A stretch of 64,000 nucleotides of DNA, taken from the sequence record NC_048674.1. The stretch is one strand, 5' to 3'. Both the position numbers and the translations under genes were made by a program. Below are positions 7,439-16,312 of the stretch, piece after piece. The stretch's first letter is position 1. Each line of letters begins with the position of its first letter. The notes beneath the pieces were generated by a model, which was not told the origin of the DNA, did not search any database, and saw nothing but the letters and a program-made list of their open reading frames with translations.

Positions 7439-7514
7439 TGGAGCGGGTAGCCGGTAACGATCCGGTCTACTCAAACTTGGAAGGCTTGCATGTATCCATA
7501 AACACCTTACCCGC
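7439..7514 (-). tRNA. tRNA-Gly (TCC)
   Basis: CAAGC-CTTCCAA-GTTTG; atypical ATCGTTA T-loop; TCCA end. Confidence 0.9.
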
Positions 7515-7515
7515 T

Positions 7516-7599
7516 TGGTCGGGATGGACGGACTCGAACCGTCACGCCTATGGCGCTAGAACCTAAATCTAGTGTGTCTGCCAATTTCACCACATCCCG
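7516..7599 (-). tRNA. tRNA-Leu (TAG)
   Basis: CTAGA-TTTAGGT-TCTAG, variable arm, CCA. Confidence 0.93.
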
Positions 7600-7676
7600 T
7601 GGTGCGCCGTACTGGATTCGAACCAGTGACCCACGCTTTAGAAGAACGTTGCTCTATCCAACTGAGCTAACAGCGC
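7600..7676 (-). tRNA. tRNA-Arg (TCT)
   Basis: ACGTT-CTTCTAA-AGCGT, CCA. Confidence 0.95.
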
Positions 7677-7680
7677 AATT

Positions 7681-7727
7681 TATATAAACATCATATCATA
7701 GTTAGAAAGGATGTTTAACTTTTATTT
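7681..7727 (-). promoter_or_regulatory. Sigma70-type early promoter, copy 1 of a 47-bp direct repeat
   Basis: TTAAAC (7713-7718)-17 nt-TG-a-TATGAT (7690-7695), upstream of tRNA-Arg. Confidence 0.75.
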
Positions 7728-8120
7728 GAAGTATTTTTCGAAGTAAGCGACTGGATGTCTTGCTTCTTCATCATACTCGTATTTAGGGGTGTCAGAAAAC
7801 AACACCCTATAAGCAGTTTTCGACCCGGAACCATATGGTATCTCAATTTCATCATTAAAGTCAAATTCTATATAACCTTTTTTACGAAGGGACCGGCAGC
7901 TAACACTCAACCAAGGTCCGCAACAGGATTTGAGTCTACCAATTGCGTAGATATCCTTTCCCTCGTTGTTAATATAGCAATAAATCTTGTCTACATCAAC
8001 ACCATGGATATTTTTCCATTCTTCACTGGTTTGTTTGAAGATCAAACTTGATTGAACCACAGTAAGACCTTTCTTGATAAACTTACTAATACCAATGAGA
8101 TGAATATCATGTTTATTCAT
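7722..8120 (-). CDS. Hypothetical protein
   Basis: 132-aa ORF, ATGA overlap with the upstream gene. Confidence 0.7.
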   Translation of the reverse strand: MNKHDIHLIGISKFIKKGLTVVQSSLIFKQTSEEWKNIHGVDVDKIYCYINNEGKDIYAIGRLKSCCGPWLSVSCRSLRKKGYIEFDFNDEIEIPYGSGSKTAYRVLFSDTPKYEYDEEARHPVAYFEKYFK

Positions 8121-8506
8121 GATAAACCTTCATATATTTCCATATCCCATGCAATAATTTCTCCAACTTTGTAAGTATCACCGTTACGAATAGCTAATGA
8201 TCGGACACAAAAAGAAGGAAGGCACCCATGAACATCATATACTTTGTCATTGGTTATTTCTACATCACCAGTAACAATAATGATATTATCTTTCTTGTAA
8301 GTTTCTATGGAATTAAGAATACCAACCGGATCCGGAGTATCTTTAGCATTATCAATGTTAAAACATTTTTGACCAAAATTGATTAGAACAGGTAGTTTTT
8401 TAGAAAATTCATCTATAACTTGTTCATTCAAAATGAATTTTAATCCGTTCGTATTAACCAAAGAACTTTTTTCATTAAGGTTGTAAGCCCCAAGCTTCAC
8501 TTTCAT
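8117..8506 (-). CDS. Hypothetical protein
   Basis: 129-aa ORF. Confidence 0.7.
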   Translation of the reverse strand: MKVKLGAYNLNEKSSLVNTNGLKFILNEQVIDEFSKKLPVLINFGQKCFNIDNAKDTPDPVGILNSIETYKKDNIIIVTGDVEITNDKVYDVHGCLPSFCVRSLAIRNGDTYKVGEIIAWDMEIYEGLS

Positions 8507-8507
8507 T

Positions 8508-8654
8508 TTAATATCTCGATTTTTGATAGAAAGGCTTCAAATGTTTACCACGCATAATCTTTACACATTTACCTTTACAGTGTTCTTCGTTGAAGACACT
8601 ACCCCAAAGGACTCCACACATGTAATTTCTGATGTATACGTTCATATTAAGCAT
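8508..8654 (-). CDS. Small Cys-containing hypothetical protein (48 aa)
   Basis: Hand-translated MLNMNVYIRNYMCGVLWG...KSRY; abuts the next gene. Confidence 0.45.
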   Translation of the reverse strand: MLNMNVYIRNYMCGVLWGSVFNEEHCKGKCVKIMRGKHLKPFYQKSRY

Positions 8655-8742
8655 CTCATATTGAATTTGAGAGATGATAAACTCACATAACGTCCAAAAA
8701 GCTCATTCAACAAAAAGGAATTTGAGTTTATCATCTTGTATT

Positions 8743-8835
8743 TGGTGCGTGAGGTGGGAATCGAACCCACGATGTGCCATTATGCAGTATCGGATTTTAA
8801 GTCCGATGCGTTTCAACCAACTTCGCCACTCACGC
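8743..8835 (-). tRNA. tRNA-Leu (TAA)
   Basis: TCGGA-CTTAAAA-TCCGA, long variable arm, CCA. Confidence 0.93.
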
Positions 8836-8840
8836 TCATT

Positions 8841-8887
8841 TATATAAACATCATATCACAGTTAGAAAGTATGTTTAACTTTTATTT
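8841..8887 (-). promoter_or_regulatory. Sigma70-type early promoter, copy 2 of a 47-bp direct repeat
   Basis: 45/47 identical to 7681-7727; upstream of tRNA-Leu(TAA). Confidence 0.75.
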
Positions 8888-9135
8888 TTACTTTCTTTTA
8901 TACCAAGTCGATATGCTTCTACACAGTATGCGTCGATCCTTGATACAGGGACCATAAAAGCTTTAGAAAGCCGATTCTTAATACGTTCGTTCTCTTTAGC
9001 CCGCTCATATAGTTTTCGAAATGGCTCAGGGTCTATAGGCTGAACAGAACATATTTGGTTTGCTATATCCAGCGGATATATTCTTCCACCCCAAGTTACT
9101 TTTTCTGATTCTAAAAAATTCATATCATTTCTCAC
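8875..9135 (-). CDS. Hypothetical protein
   Basis: 86-aa ORF overlapping the upstream gene end. Confidence 0.65.
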   Translation of the reverse strand: MRNDMNFLESEKVTWGGRIYPLDIANQICSVQPIDPEPFRKLYERAKENERIKNRLSKAFMVPVSRIDAYCVEAYRLGIKESKNKS

Positions 9136-10114
9136 TCAGATAGACATCATCGTGTTTATACTCTTTGAACTCATTGTATTTAGAGTCCGTAATTTCAAGA
9201 CAGTTACCAACTCGAATCAAATCAACTTCATTTGACCAATTTGGTTTAGTTGATTCCACAACCATAGATTGAGGAATCTTAACATCCCACTCAATTGGAG
9301 TCAACTGAATTTTTTCTGTTTGGTTAAACCCAATAATCTGGATTTTTGTCATCATACGAACCTTTTCAAACTGCTTGCATGTCTGACGACCATATTCCTG
9401 TGATGTTAGCACAATATCCAAGTTATTACAACCAGCATAAAAATTTTCTAATTTTGCAAATTCTTCAATATTTTTGAAGATTGCATAAGTTGTATCGTCG
9501 TGATGAGCATAATCATTAATCTGATCTTGAGTTTTAATCAATCTGCTAAGTTCATAATGTTTTGCATTACCAATATGAACATTATCAATCATGATCTTAA
9601 CATGATTCACAAGGATATCATCTTCTGGGTCTTCACTATCTTCTATCAACTCTTTCAGTCTTTCTTGGAGAGTTTTAAGATGTCTAGCGACTCGTTCCGG
9701 TGTTACCGGTAGCCAGTCATCTGCATCAGAAACGTCGTATACAGGTTTCTCCCACCAACAAGTAATACCAAACTCCGAGACGAGATCGTATACATCAGAC
9801 TTTACTACAATAAAAGAAGTCTCGTATTTTGTTTTGCTCCATAGGTCTGGGATTGTCCAACGATTTTCATCGTATGGATAAAATCCATGGGCTAAGTTCT
9901 CTTTAGAGACACCATCGTTAAACATGGATACGTTTTTCATTAAGCATTCTAACGCAAGATTATCATCAATGTCAAACTCACCATAATCGTCATACACCGC
10001 AGTAAGTGGGAAAGCACTAATACAGTGTTTACCAGCAACTGGGATCAAGCGAACTTTATCACCACCTTGAACGATTTGACGACTAACAGAACAAACAGTA
10101 TTAAAACTACCCAT
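9125..10114 (-). CDS. Hypothetical protein
   Basis: Long ORF; likely start MGSFNTVCSVS at 10114 after a GGTGGTG RBS. Confidence 0.8.
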   Translation of the reverse strand: MGSFNTVCSVSRQIVQGGDKVRLIPVAGKHCISAFPLTAVYDDYGEFDIDDNLALECLMKNVSMFNDGVSKENLAHGFYPYDENRWTIPDLWSKTKYETSFIVVKSDVYDLVSEFGITCWWEKPVYDVSDADDWLPVTPERVARHLKTLQERLKELIEDSEDPEDDILVNHVKIMIDNVHIGNAKHYELSRLIKTQDQINDYAHHDDTTYAIFKNIEEFAKLENFYAGCNNLDIVLTSQEYGRQTCKQFEKVRMMTKIQIIGFNQTEKIQLTPIEWDVKIPQSMVVESTKPNWSNEVDLIRVGNCLEITDSKYNEFKEYKHDDVYLSEK

Positions 10115-10115
10115 A

Positions 10116-10253
10116 TCACCACCAAACCACGGTTTTGATTTCTTTGTTATCAATCCAAAATGCAGCACGTTCAGTAACAACAAGGTGATCGTATTTTGAT
10201 TTTACTACATCTTTCGCTTCGATTTCTTGACCATTTTTAAGAACTACTTTCAT
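10116..10253 (-). CDS. Small hypothetical protein (45 aa)
   Basis: Hand-translated MKVVLKNGQEIEAK...TVVWW with AGGA RBS. Confidence 0.6.
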   Translation of the reverse strand: MKVVLKNGQEIEAKDVVKSKYDHLVVTERAAFWIDNKEIKTVVWW

Positions 10254-10311
10254 AAACCATCCTATCAAAAAATAAACCCCTAACGAAAATCGCTAGGGGT
10301 GTTAATACGTT

Positions 10312-10536
10312 TTACTGGCTAAGTTTGATCCGTTCATCAAACTGCATATATGAGAAAATTGCTTCGAAATCCTGATGGACTGCAATCGTTTTTTGCTTAT
10401 CGGTTCCACGAACATCAAAGGTGATATAAGAAACACCGTTCTTCTCAGAGAGACCTTTGATCAGTTTGGTGTCAATAACGGTACGAGACGCACCACCAAA
10501 TTCAGACGGATCTACAATATCAGCAATAAAAATCAT
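10312..10536 (-). CDS. Hypothetical protein
   Basis: 74-aa ORF with AAGGA RBS. Confidence 0.7.
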   Translation of the reverse strand: MIFIADIVDPSEFGGASRTVIDTKLIKGLSEKNGVSYITFDVRGTDKQKTIAVHQDFEAIFSYMQFDERIKLSQ

Positions 10537-10562
10537 TTATCTTTCCTTTTGTTATTTTATAA

Positions 10563-10595
10563 GGAGATTATAACACTATAATCTCCTGTTTTTAA
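10563..10595 (-). promoter_or_regulatory. Early promoter overlapped by a 10-bp palindrome
   Basis: TTAAAA-17-TGtTATAAT; GGAGATTATA-ACAC-TATAATCTCC. Confidence 0.6.
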
Positions 10596-10597
10596 TT

Positions 10598-11611
10598 TTA
10601 AACTTTGTTAGCTTTCAACATAAATTTCTTGACAAGAGCTTCCATCTGCGCTCCACCAGAAGAACTATGAGATTTCATAGTATGAACAAGTTCTTTCATA
10701 ACATCCATATTTTCCGGGGTTTCTGTCTCATAAAACGGAGTAGTTACAGACCAACGTTCTTTAGTACCAGTACGACCACTGATATTCCATATACCCTTTC
10801 TCATCCATGTCATACGAGAGAAGTAAATCACAGAACCGTTACCAATGTCAACTGCGAAATCATCACCGCCCAAATGTTTTCCTTCAAGTTCTTTTTTGAC
10901 GAAAAGAACATAATCGGCTTTCTTGAGCGGCTTGACCTTTTTATCACCAGAAAAAGCTTTCTTTAGCTTGGTTTCTGGGAAAAGGATTTTCGGATCCTTC
11001 ATAAACTTTTCAGTTTCGGATTGGTTGTAATTGCTTTGGGTCATTTTTACTTTTTTACGGTCAATCAGAACCTCAGTGAAAACACCCATCTTATCCAACT
11101 CAGGTTTATCAATACCTGCACCCAGAGCTTTGGTGATAAACACATGAGCCATTGCATTCAGATCAAAGAAAACTGTACGGTCTTCCGACGTAAATTTATA
11201 ATCGACAGAAGAAGTTCCCCAAGTACCAACGGTAATTTTACGTTCAAATGTGAACTTTTTGCCGCTCATCTTTTGGAAGTAGTCGAGATAAGCCTGAGTA
11301 TCAAAAAACTTGTCAAACATATGGGTTACGAAGTTAGTTACAACATGTTTCTCTTCTTCCTGTTTCTGTTTTCGCTGTGCCCATGTAGCTTCTTGGGTTG
11401 CAGGAGAACCAGATTTTCTCAGTTCTTCGTAAGCTTGGTTTACTGCCTGCATTTTTTCGGTGGAACCACCACGGTCTGGGTGGTTATCCTTTGCTGCCTT
11501 GCGATATGCAGCCTTTAGTTGGTCATCAGTAAACTTACCAGTCAAACCAAGAGCCTTCATCGCGACTGCTTGAGTCATAGATTCAAACAGCTCATTAAAC
11601 ATCTTAGACAT
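10598..11611 (-). CDS. DnaJ J-domain protein with long C-terminal region
   Basis: LKAAYRKAAKDNHPDRGGSTEKMQAVNQAYEEL (HPD motif); CTAAATA at 11635-11641. Confidence 0.9.
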   Translation of the reverse strand: MSKMFNELFESMTQAVAMKALGLTGKFTDDQLKAAYRKAAKDNHPDRGGSTEKMQAVNQAYEELRKSGSPATQEATWAQRKQKQEEEKHVVTNFVTHMFDKFFDTQAYLDYFQKMSGKKFTFERKITVGTWGTSSVDYKFTSEDRTVFFDLNAMAHVFITKALGAGIDKPELDKMGVFTEVLIDRKKVKMTQSNYNQSETEKFMKDPKILFPETKLKKAFSGDKKVKPLKKADYVLFVKKELEGKHLGGDDFAVDIGNGSVIYFSRMTWMRKGIWNISGRTGTKERWSVTTPFYETETPENMDVMKELVHTMKSHSSSGGAQMEALVKKFMLKANKV

Positions 11612-11655
11612 AAAATCATTCCTTTATAAAACAGTATTTAGGCAACAACTATAGG

Positions 11656-11811
11656 TTACATCTCTTTGTTTTCGTTGTCAACTGTTTTTAACCAATCCAA
11701 CCACTCCCGCACGGTCATACCTTCTGGTTTATAGATTGTATCTCCTTCAACTGCGATTCGCATCCGTTCTAGATCAAAATCAAAGTAGTCATCCATTTGA
11801 ATATCTTCCAT
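11656..11811 (-). CDS. Small hypothetical protein (51 aa)
   Basis: Hand-translated MEDIQMDDYFDFDLERM...NENKEM. Confidence 0.55.
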   Translation of the reverse strand: MEDIQMDDYFDFDLERMRIAVEGDTIYKPEGMTVREWLDWLKTVDNENKEM

Positions 11812-11850
11812 AAAATAAAGGGGTTGCTTAATAGCAACCCCTTTATAACA

Positions 11851-12075
11851 TTATTCTTTTACAACTTCAACCTGATTTTGTTTCAGATGATTGATTTTAT
11901 TCAGATAGAACTGAATGTCGGAAGATTCTTCTTTGTCTAGTTCGAGTGCTTCTGCGAGCATACTAAAGATTTTAGCATTTTGTTGACTAATTGCTACTGA
12001 TTCTTCACTCATATCAAAAATACGGGCTTTCAGTACGATGATGTCACTAGACAGTTTTTGAATTTGTTCTTGCAT
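11851..12075 (-). CDS. gp57A: Tail fibre assembly chaperone gp57A
   Basis: QKLSSDIIVLKARIFD resembles T4 57A; syntenic with gene 1. Confidence 0.8.
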   Translation of the reverse strand: MQEQIQKLSSDIIVLKARIFDMSEESVAISQQNAKIFSMLAEALELDKEESSDIQFYLNKINHLKQNQVEVVKE

Positions 12076-12087
12076 TTTATTTTCCTA

Positions 12088-12831
12088 TTAGATAATTGAT
12101 TTGATATTTTTCTTAAGAGCTTCTAATGTACCATCATTAAAAACTATAATATCACTTGCTGATGGTTCTAAACCACGCTCGGTGATATGTGAATCGGTTG
12201 ATACGATTCCAGTCTTACAAATAAAGATTACTTTAGCACCATTATCACGACAAAATTGCATTTCGTGAGCCTGTCTTACATCGGTTATAATGATGTCTTT
12301 CCCATCATCCGGGATACACTCTAACCAATAATCACGTCTTACATTGACAACTAGATCCGTACCAAGAACTTGCATTAGTCTACGAATAGACCATTTATAT
12401 TTATTTTCAATTTCTGCTGCTTTTTTCTTATTACCAAAGAATTCAGCAAAGCCAATACACAACATATCTTTTATTGTCATTTTGTCACTAGATCTAAATT
12501 CAGAGACAGAATTGAAAAGTTTGTGCATTTCACCGAATGTGAAATTGTTGTGTCTATGGCAGAACATTATAGCATTATTCAGAAGACTCTTTAATTCTAA
12601 AGTAGTCAAGCCCAAATCTTGCTCTCGGTCATATTCAGTTTCTCCATTAACATCAGAAAAGCTGATATCTTTTGTTTTCTGAATACGTTGTAATCCATTA
12701 TGGATGGATTTTTTAATTGGGTGAGCTAGAGCATATGGAACAGCCCCGGTGAGTTCTTGGATGAACTTAGAGGCTGTATCTTTACCCGTTCGTTTCAAAC
12801 CAGAAATAGCGTATATCATATAGTACCTCAT
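12088..12831 (-). CDS. gp1: Deoxynucleoside monophosphate kinase gp1
   Basis: ISGLKRTGKDT, SIRRLMQVLGTD, ITDVRQAHE, HITERGL. Confidence 0.95.
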   Translation of the reverse strand: MRYYMIYAISGLKRTGKDTASKFIQELTGAVPYALAHPIKKSIHNGLQRIQKTKDISFSDVNGETEYDREQDLGLTTLELKSLLNNAIMFCHRHNNFTFGEMHKLFNSVSEFRSSDKMTIKDMLCIGFAEFFGNKKKAAEIENKYKWSIRRLMQVLGTDLVVNVRRDYWLECIPDDGKDIIITDVRQAHEMQFCRDNGAKVIFICKTGIVSTDSHITERGLEPSASDIIVFNDGTLEALKKNIKSII

Positions 12832-12872
12832 CTTTTTGTTTATTATACCCCAAGACGAAGTATCTTTAGATT

Positions 12873-13430
12873 TTACTTTTGGAATGGGTGTCCTGCACCA
12901 ATACCGACCGGGTTTTGTTTTGGTAGAATTTCCAAATCATTGACACCAACAACACTCATAGATGAATAACTAAACGTTACATTACCTATAAGGGCTGGGT
13001 TTCCGTCATCAACATAGGACAATTCTATATCGTCCAATGAACTCGGGAATGGGTCGTGAAACTTGAAAGTCAATACTATATTCTTTTTTGAGTTATCCAG
13101 AATATGAACCAAAATAGATCTAGGTCTAGCACCCGGTAGATGGGCAGTGGAATTGAAAGTTCTACTATCAGTAACAGAGATCATCCATTGATACAACTCT
13201 TTATAAGATTCGAAATTTTCATCAATCAAAAATCTAATCCTAAATGGTTCGTAAATGATCTTCGAACCCGGCATAAGCCCGGACGTCATCTGATTTATCG
13301 AAACCCTCGTTATATCCATTTCCATAGTTGGAAGAACAACGGATTGAGCTGATGTTACAAAGTTAGCGGTTGTGTTTGCGTCTGGGATTTCCAGACGCAT
13401 GTTTGTTATGTGTGCTTGATTATGTATCAT
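12873..13430 (-). CDS. gp3: Tail tube terminator gp3
   Basis: PGSKIIYEPFRIRFLIDENFESYKELYQWM...FHDPFPSSL. Confidence 0.9.
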   Translation of the reverse strand: MIHNQAHITNMRLEIPDANTTANFVTSAQSVVLPTMEMDITRVSINQMTSGLMPGSKIIYEPFRIRFLIDENFESYKELYQWMISVTDSRTFNSTAHLPGARPRSILVHILDNSKKNIVLTFKFHDPFPSSLDDIELSYVDDGNPALIGNVTFSYSSMSVVGVNDLEILPKQNPVGIGAGHPFQK

Positions 13431-15289
13431 GTTGACGGTTGAACTCCATATGAATATTGCGGTTGATCTGGTCTAAATTCACCAAAGCCAGACGGTAGAA
13501 CGGAATTCATACTGTTATATGTAGTATTATTTACAGCAGCCATTAAAGCACCTTCTTGTCGTCGTGCGTCTCGTTCTTCCTTTTCACGTTGTTGTTTAGC
13601 TCGGAATTCTTCAACCTCTTGGTTTCTTTTCTCAAGGGTTTTAAATACAGGCTCGGTTTCACCAGCCTTAATTTCATTCCCTAATTTAGATTCCGGTTGA
13701 GCTTCATTAGCATTAGCTTTCCCAAACAATGATCCAGTAAGACTTTCCCAAGCACCCTTAGCAGCATCAACACCCTTATCTAACAGCTCTGGGTTCTCTT
13801 TGGCGAAGTTATACAACTCATAAGCCATCAAGCCAGCACCAACAAAAGGAATTGCTCTACCAGCGACACGTACCGCCATACCGGCACCAGTCAATGCGCT
13901 TTTTGGTATAAATTTAGAGGCTGATTTTGCAGCATCGGCAGCAACAGACCAACCTTTTTTACCAAGATCCGCCGCCTTTGACAAAATACCAGCTTTCCCT
14001 TTAGGGGTAGGTGTCTTTGTTTTAGGGGTCTCTATTTTTGCTGGTTGTCCGGGTTTAGGTTCCGGTGTGGGTGTCTTCTTTCCATCGGGTGTTGTAGTTT
14101 TTGGAGACTTCTTAGGATCCTTCGATACATCGTTTGGATTAACCCCACCAGACGATGGTGTCGGGGTCTTACTTCCCAATCCCGGTATCTTATCAAACAA
14201 CCCAGAGAACTTAGCAATTAAACCACCAACAGCAGCAGATAGGGCACCCGCAATCATAGGAGCCAAACCAAGAACCGCACCAGATAGAACACTGATACCA
14301 GAAACAAGGCCACTAAGAACAAACCCAACACCACCAATCAATTTACCGATCAACATGGACATCTGGATACCTTTAAGAACATCGATTAAGCTTTTATGAC
14401 GCTTTTCGTTGTTCTCTCGTTCTCTTCCATTTTCTTGTCTTTCTTTCTTTTGCTCTTGGTTATTTCTATCTGTTTTTACTTTGTCTTCGGGTTTGTTTTG
14501 TGGGATCTGCTGGAATCTAGAAGTAGCATCAGCCTTCTTCTCTTCATAAGCCGCATTCGCTTTTGCATCTAATTTCTTTTCCTTACGTGCGTTATGTGCA
14601 TCGATAATAGACCCACCAACAAACTTCGTTGCATTAGCGGCCTGATTATAACCGGGAATAGTTGATAACAAATCGTTTATGGTTCCAGTAACCATACCGA
14701 TACCAGCGGACATAGTATGACCAAGTATTTTCGCTGTTGCTGATGTTTCTGATTTCTTCATTCGGTCAACTATATTAGCTTTTTTTGCTATCTCTCGAAC
14801 AAATTTACCAGTTTTTTGATTTTCTTCTTTGAAATTTTCCACAAATTCACGACGATCACCAACTTCTCGTTGTATAAATTCTTTCAAAGTCTCCCTAGTG
14901 TCTTCCTGCATAGGTTTGGCAGTTTCCCCCTGTTCTGGGTTCTGACTTTTTACACCTTGGCTATAATCCACTAGGGGTTGTTTATTATTTAAAATGTCTT
15001 CCAGTTGCTTTCGTCTAGCCGAAACTAATTCGTTTTCAACCTTATTACTACGCTTATTATCCTTTCTGGCACCTTTTATCTGGTTCGCTAATTTTTCTTG
15101 TTCTTGTGCGACTTCCAGACTGGAATCAGATGTAATATCATAAGACGCGGTAAGGTCTTTTGTTGAGTTGGACAACTTTTCTGTCTTGTCGTCCAACTTA
15201 AGCATCGAATCAGAAACAATATCCATAGCATCCGTGACATCTCGAACCGATTTATCAAGTTCGTTCTGTTTCTGCTTGTCAATCATCAC
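13427..15289 (-). CDS. gp29: Tape measure / baseplate hub gp29
   Basis: 620 aa, coiled coil, Gly-rich hydrophobic segment, P/K/T-rich linker; located after gp26 and before gp3. Confidence 0.75.
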   Translation of the reverse strand: MMIDKQKQNELDKSVRDVTDAMDIVSDSMLKLDDKTEKLSNSTKDLTASYDITSDSSLEVAQEQEKLANQIKGARKDNKRSNKVENELVSARRKQLEDILNNKQPLVDYSQGVKSQNPEQGETAKPMQEDTRETLKEFIQREVGDRREFVENFKEENQKTGKFVREIAKKANIVDRMKKSETSATAKILGHTMSAGIGMVTGTINDLLSTIPGYNQAANATKFVGGSIIDAHNARKEKKLDAKANAAYEEKKADATSRFQQIPQNKPEDKVKTDRNNQEQKKERQENGRERENNEKRHKSLIDVLKGIQMSMLIGKLIGGVGFVLSGLVSGISVLSGAVLGLAPMIAGALSAAVGGLIAKFSGLFDKIPGLGSKTPTPSSGGVNPNDVSKDPKKSPKTTTPDGKKTPTPEPKPGQPAKIETPKTKTPTPKGKAGILSKAADLGKKGWSVAADAAKSASKFIPKSALTGAGMAVRVAGRAIPFVGAGLMAYELYNFAKENPELLDKGVDAAKGAWESLTGSLFGKANANEAQPESKLGNEIKAGETEPVFKTLEKRNQEVEEFRAKQQREKEERDARRQEGALMAAVNNTTYNSMNSVLPSGFGEFRPDQPQYSYGVQPST

Positions 15290-15460
15290 TTAGTCCTTTT
15301 CTCTCGCCTGTTCTTTAAGATCGTTTAGGTAGAGGTGAACATAAACACCAAATTCAAAGGGGGTCATATCCTCAAGGTCCGAATGGCTCCATCCATCTTT
15401 TCTAAGCTTATATACCGTATTAAAATGATCGTATATGGTATGGTTAACAAGCGTTATGCG
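15290..15460 (-). CDS. Start-less 56-codon frame (gpT/GpE-prime-like extension of gp26)
   Basis: RITLVNH...GWSHSDLEDMTPFEFGVY...EKD; no ATG/GTG/TTG until codon 32; entered via T TTT TTC at 15460-15466. Confidence 0.7.
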   Translation of the reverse strand, partial: RITLVNHTIYDHFNTVYKLRKDGWSHSDLEDMTPFEFGVYVHLYLNDLKEQAREKD

Positions 15461-16239
15461 AAAAAACTTTCTACCCCTTTAAGTGTAACAATTTCTTGGT
15501 GTCCACATTTTTTACACTTTACAGGTATATTTAGAGTATGTTGGGGGAGGGATGTTACAAATTTACCCATTTTGGTCAAAGCAACTGAATCGGCGTATTC
15601 CATAATTTCAGAAATATCCTCATACGGAATATCAACACCAACCTTAACAACCTGATCTCCCATATGAACTTCGTCAATACAGCGATTGATTAAGTTAAAC
15701 AAGTCGGACTCAACTTCTACGTTGAAATATTCAACCTCGCTGATATTAGGATATCTCATATAAACTGTCATGTTCTCATTCAGAACAATTTTGTTATCTG
15801 GTGCATCCGACAATTTAGCGTTATTCAAGTTTACGTTTACTTTGATATCAGAGCCACAACGAATAATTTCACCATATTGGTCATATTGAACATTACCATC
15901 TTCATCGAGAATTTCGTTGGCGCAAGTAAACATAACCGGGACAGTTGGACTTGCTTTTGATAACTTATACAAAGCTAGATAAACTGCTTCCAAGTCAAAC
16001 ACAGGTAAAAGGTCTACATCAACATTATCAGTTAGGATACAGTTTTTTACGATTTGGATGATTGCATCATCGATTCCAGTATTGGCTTCGTTAGCTAACA
16101 TCAACAGTTTCATTTCTTTCATCAAGAAAGCACGAACCTTGATCTTTCTACCATCTGATAAAGTCACATTGGTCTGCTGTACGTTTTTCTGCATAGCAGC
16201 AAGAAGTACACTCTTGTCAATCGTGGTTTTGTTTGTCAT
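15454..16239 (-). CDS. gp26: Baseplate hub assembly protein / chaperone gp26
   Basis: VRAFLMKEMKLL, DLEAVYLALY, CKKCGH...LKGVESFFA; late promoter 16268-16274. Confidence 0.85.
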   Translation of the reverse strand: MTNKTTIDKSVLLAAMQKNVQQTNVTLSDGRKIKVRAFLMKEMKLLMLANEANTGIDDAIIQIVKNCILTDNVDVDLLPVFDLEAVYLALYKLSKASPTVPVMFTCANEILDEDGNVQYDQYGEIIRCGSDIKVNVNLNNAKLSDAPDNKIVLNENMTVYMRYPNISEVEYFNVEVESDLFNLINRCIDEVHMGDQVVKVGVDIPYEDISEIMEYADSVALTKMGKFVTSLPQHTLNIPVKCKKCGHQEIVTLKGVESFFA

Positions 16240-16312
16240 AGTTAAAAATCCCTTATAGATCTATACTTATTTAGTACATTGTAACATGATGTTCTTCAAG
16301 ACTTAATCTTAG

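Noticed and set aside
11656-11690. TTGACA-17-TAACCT promoter-like sequence
   Set aside because: Falls inside the 3' end of a plausible 51-aa ORF, and a late promoter at 11635 already explains the downstream gene
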